Shown here piece by piece: positions 38,772-47,028 of a stretch of 64,000 nucleotides of DNA (position 1 is the first letter of the stretch; the number at the start of each line of letters is the position of its first letter). The stretch lies in NCBI GenBank assembly GCA_045119135.1, contig JBGVCY010000052.1, forward strand, positions 3,621 to 67,620. Reading direction: 5' to 3'. The DNA is from Eubacteriales bacterium. GTDB lineage: Bacteria > Bacillota > Clostridia > Oscillospirales > CAG-272. The translations under genes and the position numbers were made by a program. Below the pieces are notes generated by a model. It did no database searches. It was not told where the DNA came from and was given only the letters and a program-made list of their open reading frames with translations.

Positions 38772-38804
38772 GAAGTGAGAAAACACGAAAGGGAGGATCA
38801 TCAA

Positions 38805-39359
38805 ATGGATGCTCAACTGCAACTCGAAGCCCCCAAAAAAAGAAGCTTTCCCAAAATCGGCCGCCGATCGGTGGTTATCGCCTGTGCCGTACTGCTGATC
38901 GCCACGGCGGTGGTGCTGAACGTATTCCTTTTCGGCAAGGATAGCGTGACCGACCCTGCCACCGATGCGGGCAGTGACCTTTCCGACGGTGCCACCACGC
39001 CCGTGGGGGATACCGACGGCTATTTCTCGGCAACGCAGGTCAGCCGCCAGCGCGCCCGTGACGAGGCGCTTGAGGTACTGCAAAGCGTTGTTGACAATGA
39101 AAGCGCCGACGAGGCAACCAAAACCGAAGCACTGCTTGAGATTGCCGAGCTTGCCCGCGCAATGGAAGCCGAGGCGAACATTGAGACTCTGGTGATTGCC
39201 AAGGGCTTTGCACAGTGCGTGGCAGTGATCAACGGCGACACCTGCTCGGTGGTGGTCAGCGGCGACGAGCTGTTGCCCGCAGAGATCTCGCAGATCAACG
39301 AGATCGTTTACGAGCAAGCAGGCATTGCCCCTGCAAACGTGCGCATCGTCGTGAAATAA
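38805..39359 (+). CDS. spoIIIAH: SpoIIIAH-like sporulation protein
   Basis: N-terminal TM, then YFSATQVSRQRARDEALEVLQSVVDN...ANIETLVIAKGFAQCVAVINGDTCSVVV...EISQINEIVYEQAGI. GGGAGG RBS. Confidence 0.7.
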   Translation: MDAQLQLEAPKKRSFPKIGRRSVVIACAVLLIATAVVLNVFLFGKDSVTDPATDAGSDLSDGATTPVGDTDGYFSATQVSRQRARDEALEVLQSVVDNESADEATKTEALLEIAELARAMEAEANIETLVIAKGFAQCVAVINGDTCSVVVSGDELLPAEISQINEIVYEQAGIAPANVRIVVK

Positions 39360-39363
39360 AGGT

Positions 39364-39396
39364 AAAAAAAGAGAGCCTATGCAGGCTCTCTTTTTT
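39364..39396. terminator. Bidirectional terminator
   Basis: aaaaaaaGAGAGCCTatgcAGGCTCTCtttttt. Confidence 0.8.
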
Positions 39397-39420
39397 GGTT
39401 GGACTTGCGCGCAGCTTGCT

Positions 39421-39888
39421 TCAATTCCAAAGCAGTAGCAACAGCAAAAACGGCAGGATATCGTCCTCGTCGCCCTCACCGCTGAACAGGAAGATCAGCG
39501 CCGCGATCAGCACCCAATCGGGCAGTCCGCCTTTGTCCTTTCCCCGTCCGCGCGGGGGCGGCATCAGCGAGGAAAGCAGGGGGATGCGGGAAAACAGTCC
39601 CCCACCCCCCGCAGGCACCGCGGGAGGTGCGCTCTCCCCTTCGGCAAAGACCGCCGCATCCGCGGGGGGATCGCTTGTGCCGTCTGCTTCGCTGATATCG
39701 GGGGCTGCGGGCGCCGCCTCATCCTCGCCCCCGTCAAAGGCAAGGGGCGGCGGTGGCGGCACGGCGATATCGGCAGGCGGCGGTGACGGTGGCGGCGGGG
39801 GTGCGGGCGCAAAGGCATTACCGCTGTAATCCCGCGGCACGCTGAAGGGCAGCTCGGGCGTTCCCCTGCCCACGGGCTGGATGTACAT
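39421..39888 (-). CDS. Proline-rich hypothetical protein with C-terminal hydrophobic anchor (155 aa)
   Basis: GGGGGTGA RBS. The PPPPPSPPP and PPPPP tracts, acidic stretches and the WVLIAALIFLF...LLLLLLW tail are present. Third gene of a tight three-gene operon; the plus-strand 204-aa ORF is a shadow. Confidence 0.55.
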   Translation of the reverse strand: MYIQPVGRGTPELPFSVPRDYSGNAFAPAPPPPPSPPPADIAVPPPPPLAFDGGEDEAAPAAPDISEADGTSDPPADAAVFAEGESAPPAVPAGGGGLFSRIPLLSSLMPPPRGRGKDKGGLPDWVLIAALIFLFSGEGDEDDILPFLLLLLLWN

Positions 39889-39903
39889 CGCTTAATTCAC
39901 CCC

Positions 39904-40188
39904 CTATTGCAGTGAACGGATCGCATCTCCCACGCGCGAGAGGCGCAGGAGATAATCAATGGCGGCACAGCGCTCGGATGACAGATAGGGCTTCAGCGCC
40001 AGCAGCAGTGCCTCGCGGCGCGCACATCCCTTCCCTCTGCCGCCCTCTTTGGGCGGCGGCGCCTTTCCCCCGCCCCCCAGCAGGGGCGCGATGGCACTGA
40101 CAAGAGGCGCGGCGCGGGAAACTGTCTCCATCAACGCCGAAAATTCCTCGTCGGGCAGCCCCTCGTCCTCTACTCTTTTCTCATCCAT
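39904..40188 (-). CDS. Hypothetical small protein (94 aa)
   Basis: GGTAGGTGA RBS, acidic N-terminus, Gly/Pro/Lys linker, and conserved-looking C-terminus REALLLALKPYLSSERCAAIDYLLRLSRV. Confidence 0.55.
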   Translation of the reverse strand: MDEKRVEDEGLPDEEFSALMETVSRAAPLVSAIAPLLGGGGKAPPPKEGGRGKGCARREALLLALKPYLSSERCAAIDYLLRLSRVGDAIRSLQ

Positions 40189-40192
40189 CGTG

Positions 40193-40408
40193 TCACCTAC
40201 CGTCCTTTCTCAGCTGTCTTGTGATCGACAGCAGCTCCTCGTCGCTTGCATTTCGGATGGCGCGCCGAAGGGATGCCATATCCCCCTCACGCACCTGAAA
40301 GCCCGAAAGATCAAGCCCGTAGTCCGACACCAGCTTATCGATCACGATCTGCAACTGTCGGTCATTCAACGCCAACAGGCGGTCAAGCATTTTGCGGTCA
40401 AGCTGCAT
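40193..40408 (-). CDS. Hypothetical small helical protein (71 aa)
   Basis: AAGGAGAG RBS. The stop lies 4 nt before the next start. Confidence 0.6.
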   Translation of the reverse strand: MQLDRKMLDRLLALNDRQLQIVIDKLVSDYGLDLSGFQVREGDMASLRRAIRNASDEELLSITRQLRKDGR

Positions 40409-40488
40409 AGATTCTCTCCTTTTCGCGGATATTTGTTCATTTTTAGTCTATGCGCCCTGCGCGCCCCGCGCCAAATTTTCAAAAGCCC

Positions 40489-40517
40489 TTGCCTTTTGGG
40501 GGCAAAAGGGTTATACT
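40489..40517 (+). promoter_or_regulatory. Sigma-A promoter of copA
   Basis: TTGCCT-17 nt-TATACT. The spacer contains the imperfect GC palindrome CCCTTGCCTTTTGGGGGCAAAAGGG. Confidence 0.5.
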
Positions 40518-40552
40518 ATAAACGATAGGATTAACTAACAAAGGAAGGAATT

Positions 40553-43105
40553 ATGAAAAAAGTAAGCTTTGCCGTAACCGGCATGACCTGCGCCGCTTGC
40601 GTTGCCCACGTCGAGCGCGCGGCTCGCGGCGTGCTTGGCGACGGAATTCCCTTTACCGTCAGCCTGTTATCCAATACCCTTTCGCTCTCGCTTGAGGATT
40701 CTGCCGATGCCGAGGCGCTCTTCCGCCGCCTTGCGGCGGCGCTGAAGCGCGCGGGCTACGGGCTGGAAAAGCCCGAGGCGCGCAGCGACGCGGCGCGCGC
40801 GGCACGCGAGCGGCGCCGCGAGACCGCGCGGCTTGTCGCATCGATCGCACTGACGGCTCTGTTGATGGTGGTTGCGATGTGGCATATGACGCCTCTGCCC
40901 GCACCCTGGATCTTGGATTCGTCGCGCTATCCCGTGGCATTCTGGTGCTTGCAGGCGGTGCTGACGGGGGTTGTTATTTTTTTAGAGCGCCGCTTCTGGC
41001 GCGGCGGCTTCTCGGCGCTTTTGCACCGATCGCCGAATATGGATTCGCTGGTGGCGCTGGGCTCGGCATCGGCTGCCGTATACGGCTTGGTCGCGGGCGG
41101 CTTTATCCTTTACGGCACCGCCGTGGGCGATGCCGCGCTGGTGCACCGCTATCTGCACGAGCTGTATCTCGAATCGGCGGCAATGATCTTGACCCTTGTT
41201 TCGGTGGGCAAGTTTTTGGAAGGGCGCGCCCGCAACCGCGCCGCAGGCGCGGTACGCGCGCTGATTTCCGAGGAAGCCACCACCGCACACGTGCTGCGCG
41301 ATGGCAAGGAATGTGAGGTACTGACCGCCGAGCTTGCCGCAGGCGACCTGCTGCTTGTCCGCGAGGGCGAAAAGATTCCCACCGATGGCAAGATCGAAGG
41401 GGGCGAGGGTAGTGTCAACGAGGCGATGCTGACAGGCGAATCGCTCCCCCGTGCCGTTGCCGCAGGCGACGAGGTATCGGGTGCTACGGTTCTGGTGGAA
41501 GGAACGCTGACCGTGCGCGCTACGCGCGTGGGCGAAGAAACAACACTGCGCCGCATTGCGGCTCTGCTGGAAGAGACCGCCGCCACAAAAGCCCCCGTAC
41601 AACGCCTTGCCGACAAGGTCAGCTCCATTTTTGTGCCCGCCGTGCTTTGCATCTCACTGCTGACGGCTGTCGTGTGGCTGATTGCCACGCGCAACGTATC
41701 ACTTGCCTTCCGCACCGCGGTTTCGGTGCTGGTCATCTCCTGTCCCTGTGCGCTGGGGCTTGCCACCCCCACCGCCATTACGGTGGGCAGTGGACGGGGC
41801 GCACGCTTTGGCATTCTTTTCAAAAGCGCCGAGGCGCTGGAAACGCTTTCCTCGATGCGCTATCTGCTGACCGACAAAACGGGGACTCTGACGAAGGGCG
41901 AAATGACGGTAACCGACCGTCTGTGCCTTGCGGGCGACGAGCCGTATTTTCTCGCCGTTACCGCCTCGGTCGAGGCGCTTTCCGCGCATCCCGTGGCAAA
42001 GCCGCTTGCTGCACTTTCGGATGCTCGCTTCCCCATCGAGGACCTTGTTTCGCATACCGCACGCGGACTGTCCGCCTCGCTTGCGGGCGAGCGCGTGCTG
42101 GCAGGCAACGTGGCGCTGTTTGCCGAAACCGCGGGCGCGCCTCTGCTTTCCCCCGAGGTGCTTGCAACCGTTTCGCTGTGGGAGGGCGAGGGCAAAAGCG
42201 TTACGGTAGTTGCCAAAGGCGATACCGTTTTGGGACTTGTTGCCGTTGCCGATACCCTGCGCGAGGATAGCCCCGCCGCCGTTGCGGCGCTGAAGCGCCA
42301 CGGCGTGCAGGTGGTGATGCTGACGGGTGACCACGAGCGCACGGCGCGCAAGATTGCCGCCGAGGCGGGAATCGATGCCTTCCGCGCGGGGCTGTTGCCT
42401 GCTGATAAGGAGCGTATCGCGCACGAATACACCGAAAAGGATGTCACCGCTATGGTGGGTGACGGCATCAACGATGCGCCCGCGCTTGCGCGCGCTGACA
42501 TTGGTATCGCCATTGGTGCGGGCACGGCAGTTGCTGTGGAATCGGCATCGGTGGTGCTGTCGGGCAATACCCTATCGGATGCGGTTGCCGCCATGGAATT
42601 GGGGCGTGCCACCCGTCGCAACATCCGACAGAATCTCTTTTGGGCACTGCTGTATAACGCCATCTGTATCCCCGTGGCGGCAGGCGTGTTTTACGCCCCG
42701 TTCGGGCTCTTACTCACCCCGATGATCGCTTCGGCGGCGATGAGCTGCTCGTCGATCTTTGTGGTGCTGAACGCTCTGCGCCTTTCGCGCTTTATTCCCC
42801 CGTCGATCCGCGCACGCGAGCAAGCTCGCCGCGCTGAAGAAAAAGCATATCAAGAAAAAAGAAAGAAGGAAGAGGAAATGTTTTTTAAGAAAAAGGAAAC
42901 CGTGACAACCGTTCTTTCGGTTGAGGGTATGATGTGCGGCAAGTGCGCCGCGCACGTGGAAAACGCACTGAAGGCACTGAAGGGTGTCACCGCGGTCAAG
43001 GTCGACCTTGATGCCAAATCGGTGACGGTAACCGCCACCGCCAAGGTTACCGCCGACGCGATGAAAAAAGCGATCACCGACGCGGGCTACACCGTGGTCG
43101 ACTGA
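40553..43105 (+). CDS. copA: Copper-translocating P1B-1 ATPase with N-terminal and C-terminal HMA domains
   Basis: 850 aa; [37 protein letters not shown], and a C-terminal [11 protein letters not shown] domain after a Lys/Glu linker. Confidence 0.95.
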   Translation: MKKVSFAVTGMTCAACVAHVERAARGVLGDGIPFTVSLLSNTLSLSLEDSADAEALFRRLAAALKRAGYGLEKPEARSDAARAARERRRETARLVASIALTALLMVVAMWHMTPLPAPWILDSSRYPVAFWCLQAVLTGVVIFLERRFWRGGFSALLHRSPNMDSLVALGSASAAVYGLVAGGFILYGTAVGDAALVHRYLHELYLESAAMILTLVSVGKFLEGRARNRAAGAVRALISEEATTAHVLRDGKECEVLTAELAAGDLLLVREGEKIPTDGKIEGGEGSVNEAMLTGESLPRAVAAGDEVSGATVLVEGTLTVRATRVGEETTLRRIAALLEETAATKAPVQRLADKVSSIFVPAVLCISLLTAVVWLIATRNVSLAFRTAVSVLVISCPCALGLATPTAITVGSGRGARFGILFKSAEALETLSSMRYLLTDKTGTLTKGEMTVTDRLCLAGDEPYFLAVTASVEALSAHPVAKPLAALSDARFPIEDLVSHTARGLSASLAGERVLAGNVALFAETAGAPLLSPEVLATVSLWEGEGKSVTVVAKGDTVLGLVAVADTLREDSPAAVAALKRHGVQVVMLTGDHERTARKIAAEAGIDAFRAGLLPADKERIAHEYTEKDVTAMVGDGINDAPALARADIGIAIGAGTAVAVESASVVLSGNTLSDAVAAMELGRATRRNIRQNLFWALLYNAICIPVAAGVFYAPFGLLLTPMIASAAMSCSSIFVVLNALRLSRFIPPSIRAREQARRAEEKAYQEKRKKEEEMFFKKKETVTTVLSVEGMMCGKCAAHVENALKALKGVTAVKVDLDAKSVTVTATAKVTADAMKKAITDAGYTVVD

Positions 43106-43112
43106 CGCACCG

Positions 43113-43176
43113 CACAAAAAAACCGAGCATCCTGCGATGCTCGGTTTTTTATGTTTCCTCCGCCGCCGCGGCGCGG
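43113..43176. repeat. 64-bp direct repeat, copy A (terminator hairpin plus duplicated 3' end of the AraC gene)
   Basis: CACAAAAAAACCGAGCATCCTGCGATGCTCGGTTTTTTATGTTTCCTCCGCCGCCGCGGCGCGG, identical to 43796-43859. Confidence 0.95.
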
Positions 43177-43180
43177 AATT

Positions 43181-43444
43181 TCATTTCATTACTTCAATCA
43201 ATGCTTTCGCCGCAAGGCAGAAACCTTCACAAAACGCTTGCTCTCCATAAAGCGTCAACAGGTCGCCGTAACGATCCGCATACGCTTCCAGCATTTCCCC
43301 GCCCTTTGTGTCCAACAAATCCAAAAGCTTTTCGTGATGCTTGGCAATCAGCAATTCCAATTCCTTGATTGCTTCGTTTTTGCAAGCGCAGGCTTCAGCG
43401 GGATAAAAATTACCATTCCATAATTCTTGTAAAATGTTTTTCAT
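43181..43444 (-). CDS. Small helical protein of unknown function (87 aa), cassette gene
   Basis: MKNILQELWNGNFYPAE...; AGGAGG RBS before the ATG at 43442-43444. Divergent from the XRE gene. Confidence 0.7.
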   Translation of the reverse strand: MKNILQELWNGNFYPAEACACKNEAIKELELLIAKHHEKLLDLLDTKGGEMLEAYADRYGDLLTLYGEQAFCEGFCLAAKALIEVMK

Positions 43445-43462
43445 ACAGCCTCCTGTAAATCG

Positions 43463-43526
43463 CACAAATTTGTGTTGCTGTCGAAATTATAGCACAAATT
43501 TGTGCGAACGTCAACACAAATTTGTG
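43463..43526. promoter_or_regulatory. Triple palindromic operator array (3 x CACAAATTTGTG)
   Basis: Perfect 12-bp palindromes at 43463-43474, 43493-43504 and 43515-43526. The third overlaps a putative -35 upstream of TATAAT (43535-43540). Confidence 0.7.
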
Positions 43527-43560
43527 CGATTCGTTATAATAAATGCAATGAGGTGATGAA

Positions 43561-43779
43561 ATGAGACGATTTGAAAACCGCTTGCGCGATTTGCGAGAGG
43601 ATAAAGACCTGACACAAGCAGAAGTGGCGAAAATCTTCTTCTTGCAAGTAACGCAATACAGAAGATATGAAAACGGAGAAAGCGATCTCCCTCTTGAATT
43701 GGCAAAAAAGTTTGCAAAATTCTACAACGTGTCCATTGATTATATCGCCATGCTGATTGAAACACCGCGAAAGCTGTAA
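43561..43779 (+). CDS. XRE-family helix-turn-helix regulator (72 aa)
   Basis: LRDLREDKDLTQAEVAKIF...VTQYRRYENGESDLPLELAKKFAKFYNVSIDYI. Confidence 0.88.
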   Translation: MRRFENRLRDLREDKDLTQAEVAKIFFLQVTQYRRYENGESDLPLELAKKFAKFYNVSIDYIAMLIETPRKL

Positions 43780-43795
43780 GCATTGACCCCAAGCC

Positions 43796-43859
43796 CACAA
43801 AAAAACCGAGCATCCTGCGATGCTCGGTTTTTTATGTTTCCTCCGCCGCCGCGGCGCGG
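43796..43859. repeat. 64-bp direct repeat, copy B (functional terminator plus true 3' end of the AraC gene)
   Basis: Identical to 43113-43176. It includes the last 9 codons and stop of the AraC gene (43832-43859). Confidence 0.95.
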
Positions 43860-44755
43860 CGCTTGGAGGAATATTTGCTGTATTCGGTGGGGGTCATCCC
43901 CACACGCCCCTTGAATATTTTTGAAAAATACCCCACCGAGGAAAAGCCCAACCCCTCGGCAATATCGGTAAAACTTGCGGCGGAATGACGGATGCGGGTC
44001 TTTGCCTCATCGATCTTTAAATCGATAAAATAATCCATCACGCCCTTGCCCTCGATCTTACGGAACTTCCGCGACAGCGCAGTACGGCTGACCCAGAACT
44101 GCGCGCAAATGTCGCCGAGTGACAAATGCTGTTCAAGATTCTCGGCAAGAAAAATTTTGACCTGTTCGACAAGGCGGCTCTCGCCAAGGTGCCTGCTGAC
44201 CTTTTCGGTCTCGTCCGTGAGGAATCCGATGCCCGACAGACGGCAATACAGCAGACAAAGAAAGCGCTCAAGCGAGGCACACACAAAGCTGAGCATCACG
44301 GGCGGCACGTCGGGGCGCACCTTCATGCCCTCGTGCTCCTCTTCCTCAACGGGCTGACAGATACGCGCGGCGGTGCGCATCAGATCGTAAAGGGTGGCGC
44401 GCTCTTCCTCACAAAGCGCCACAGGCGGGCGGTGAAAGGTTTGCATGGCGGGCGAATCACAGATGAAATCCACCACGGCAAAACGAACGTCATCCCCTGT
44501 GTCATAGGTGAACTGACACGCCTCGAACGCGGGGTGAAAAACGATCATGCCGGGGGTCATCACAAAGCTTTCCTGCTCGGTGGTATAGGTGGCACTGCCC
44601 GATATCATTAAAATGATCTGTGTAAAGTCATACTTTTCCCAGCCGAGATCCACATCGGGCGCGGCAACGAAATGGTATGCCGCCACAAACGAGCTGACAT
44701 CAAAGAATTTATTATTCTCGGTTCTGTGGAACTCGGTTGCCGTTTTGATATACAA
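43832..44755 (-). CDS. AraC-family transcriptional regulator
   Basis: 307 aa; cupin-like N-terminus, and C-terminal HTH LSLGDICAQFWVSRTALSRKF...IAEGLGFSSVGYFSKIFK. Confidence 0.88.
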   Translation of the reverse strand: MYIKTATEFHRTENNKFFDVSSFVAAYHFVAAPDVDLGWEKYDFTQIILMISGSATYTTEQESFVMTPGMIVFHPAFEACQFTYDTGDDVRFAVVDFICDSPAMQTFHRPPVALCEEERATLYDLMRTAARICQPVEEEEHEGMKVRPDVPPVMLSFVCASLERFLCLLYCRLSGIGFLTDETEKVSRHLGESRLVEQVKIFLAENLEQHLSLGDICAQFWVSRTALSRKFRKIEGKGVMDYFIDLKIDEAKTRIRHSAASFTDIAEGLGFSSVGYFSKIFKGRVGMTPTEYSKYSSKRRAAAAEET

Positions 44756-44884
44756 AATACCCCTCCTCCCGTTCGTTTTTTACCAAAGAAGTGTTCGATT
44801 TGACATAGATTTTTTGCGTTTCCAATGGTAAGATTACTATACAACACCCGCAAAAATTTGTCAAGACACGAAAGGAAATGAGCT

Positions 44885-46222
44885 ATGAAATTGTTAACGC
44901 TTGCCGAGCAGCGCCGCCGCTTCGACAATCTTACCTTCGCTTACGGCGCAGTGAAGGATTGCCTTTTCAAGCATCAGGTGCACGATTATATCCCCGGTCA
45001 TGCCATTTATAACTTCGGCGAGTACCCTCGCCCTGTATCCGCCGCACCCACCGAGTTTGATGAGCAGCGCCTTGCCGAGCTTGCAAGCATCGGCGTGGGG
45101 CTGATCCACATTCACGAGGATTGGAACGACGCGATCCGCGTGGGCGGCGCCGACAAATACACCTCTACCGACCCCAAGGGTCTTGCCGCCTTCATCGAGC
45201 TTTGCCACAAGAACGGCATTAAGGTGCTTCCCTATTTTTCCACGGGCTTTTTCGACGTGCGCGACCCCGATATGCGCGAGGAATTCTATCACCCCAAGCG
45301 CCCGACACTATTCTCGAGACACTTCAAATTCACGGGCTGTGACCCCAAATCCCCCGAATGGACGACCTTCGTTCTTGAAAAGATGAAGGGTATCCTTGAC
45401 AATCACGATTGGGACGGCATCTATAACGATATGGGCTACCCCGACGATGCAAATTTCATTGACGGATACATTCAAAACGACCCCTATATCGAGGATACGA
45501 TGGCGCGTATCTACTCTGCCGTCAAGGAGCGCGGCGGCATTGTGAAGGTGCATCAGGGTGCGTGCATCGCGCCGCGCGCCAACACCAAGATTTACGATTA
45601 CCTGATCGTTGGCGAAAGCGTTGCCGACCCCGCCGAGCTTCGTCGCTCCGCCACCTTCCAGCCCTATATTACCCCCCTCACCGACTTCTGGTTCTACAAG
45701 GGCGAGCCCGACGAGGTATTTGCCCGCACCATTCCCTTTATGCAGTTTGAAAACCGCTACGACGGCCGTCCCTTCACGGGCGAGCGCATCACCGTGCCGG
45801 GCATTGATTACACCTTTAACAAGATCGACAACCGCATGGATATGTACGTTGCCAGCAAAAAGTGGTATGACGAGCATCCCGACGGGCCCTACACGTACAG
45901 CGAATGGTCGTCGGTGCCCGATGATGTGGCACACCGCGACAAGTGGGCGTCGTACATGGCGCTTTACCGCCCTATGGTAGAGGAAAACTCGCACGTTCTT
46001 GCCGATATCACCGACAGCACCCTGTTGCTTGGCAAAAAGCCCGACAGCATTGTGATGAGCCTGTTTGTGAACAGCGAATGTTATTTGGTGGTTTCCAACG
46101 TGGGAGAGAAGCCCCAAAAAGTAACCCTTGCCGAGGAATGGATCGATCGCGAAAGCGGCAAACCCGTGCGCGAGTTGACACTGGGCAAATGCGAGCTTTC
46201 GTTCCTTGTCAAGCCGCAATGA
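44885..46222 (+). CDS. Hypothetical 445-aa protein, possibly a TIM-barrel glycosidase-like fold
   Basis: Long clean ORF divergent from the AraC gene. IHIHEDWND...GIKVLPYFSTGF...WDGIYNDMGY resembles glycoside-hydrolase-like barrels, but I do not recognise a family. Confidence 0.7.
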   Translation: MKLLTLAEQRRRFDNLTFAYGAVKDCLFKHQVHDYIPGHAIYNFGEYPRPVSAAPTEFDEQRLAELASIGVGLIHIHEDWNDAIRVGGADKYTSTDPKGLAAFIELCHKNGIKVLPYFSTGFFDVRDPDMREEFYHPKRPTLFSRHFKFTGCDPKSPEWTTFVLEKMKGILDNHDWDGIYNDMGYPDDANFIDGYIQNDPYIEDTMARIYSAVKERGGIVKVHQGACIAPRANTKIYDYLIVGESVADPAELRRSATFQPYITPLTDFWFYKGEPDEVFARTIPFMQFENRYDGRPFTGERITVPGIDYTFNKIDNRMDMYVASKKWYDEHPDGPYTYSEWSSVPDDVAHRDKWASYMALYRPMVEENSHVLADITDSTLLLGKKPDSIVMSLFVNSECYLVVSNVGEKPQKVTLAEEWIDRESGKPVRELTLGKCELSFLVKPQ

Positions 46223-46223
46223 T

Positions 46224-46252
46224 AAAAAAGAGCCGCAAAGCGGCTCTTTTTT
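46224..46252 (+). terminator. Rho-independent terminator
   Basis: aaaaaaGAGCCGCaaaGCGGCTCtttttt. Confidence 0.8.
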
Positions 46253-46323
46253 GCTTTCTTTCTCTTGCAAACCGACGCTCGCGGTGTTACAATAAAATCA
46301 ACACCAAAAAAGGGGGACTTTCC

Positions 46324-47028
46324 ATGCTTACGGTCTCACATTTAACGAAACAATATGGCAAAAATCTTGCCTGCAACGATCTTTCCTTCCACGTGGATCG
46401 CGGCAGCATTACCGTGCTTCTCGGTCCTAACGGTGCGGGAAAATCAACACTTCTCAAATCCGTCACGGGCTTTTTGCGTTACGGTGGCGAGGTGCTGGTG
46501 GACGGCATCCCGAACAAAACCGTTGAGGCAAAGCGCGTGATGGGCTACATTCCCGAAATTCCATCTCTTTACCCCAATCTGACGGTTGCCGAGCATATGG
46601 AATTCATTGCGCGCGCCTACCGTCTTACCGATTACAAGGCATTCGCCGAGGAGCTGCTCACCCGCTTTGAGCTTGACGACAAGAAAAAGAAATTCGGCGA
46701 CGAGCTTTCGAAGGGTATGCAGCAAAAGCTGAACCTGTGCTTGGGGCTCCTGCCCCGTCCGCAGCTTTTGTTGATGGATGAGCCGATGATCGGTCTTGAC
46801 CCTCACGCCATCAAGGAGCTGAAGACGATGATCGAGGAGATGCGCGCCGAGGGGCGCACCGTGCTGGTTTCCACGCATATGATCGACAGCATCGATATGC
46901 TGTGGGATCGCACGCTGATTATGCGGGGCGGTTGTCTTGTGGGCAACGTCACGCGCGAGGAGCTGGCGGCAAATCAGCAAACGCTTGAGGAGCTGTTCTT
47001 CTCGCTTACCGAGGGTGGCGTGCAATGA
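46324..47028 (+). CDS. ABC transporter ATP-binding protein
   Basis: GPNGAGKSTLLK Walker A, LSKGMQQKL signature, LLLMDEP Walker B. The internal ATG at 46324 of track ORF 45943..47028 is used. Confidence 0.93.
   Translation: MLTVSHLTKQYGKNLACNDLSFHVDRGSITVLLGPNGAGKSTLLKSVTGFLRYGGEVLVDGIPNKTVEAKRVMGYIPEIPSLYPNLTVAEHMEFIARAYRLTDYKAFAEELLTRFELDDKKKKFGDELSKGMQQKLNLCLGLLPRPQLLLMDEPMIGLDPHAIKELKTMIEEMRAEGRTVLVSTHMIDSIDMLWDRTLIMRGGCLVGNVTREELAANQQTLEELFFSLTEGGVQ

Noticed and set aside
39215-39829. 204-aa Gly/Ser/Ala-rich plus-strand ORF
   Set aside because: It is the mirror of the proline-rich minus-strand gene. That gene has an RBS, operon context, and a C-terminal membrane anchor.
40470-40552. CsoR/CopY-type operator upstream of copA
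   Set aside because: Only an imperfect GC-rich palindrome (CCCTTGCCTTTTGGGGGCAAAAGGG) is present. There is no TACAnnTGTA CopY box, and no csoR or copY gene nearby, so no call is made.
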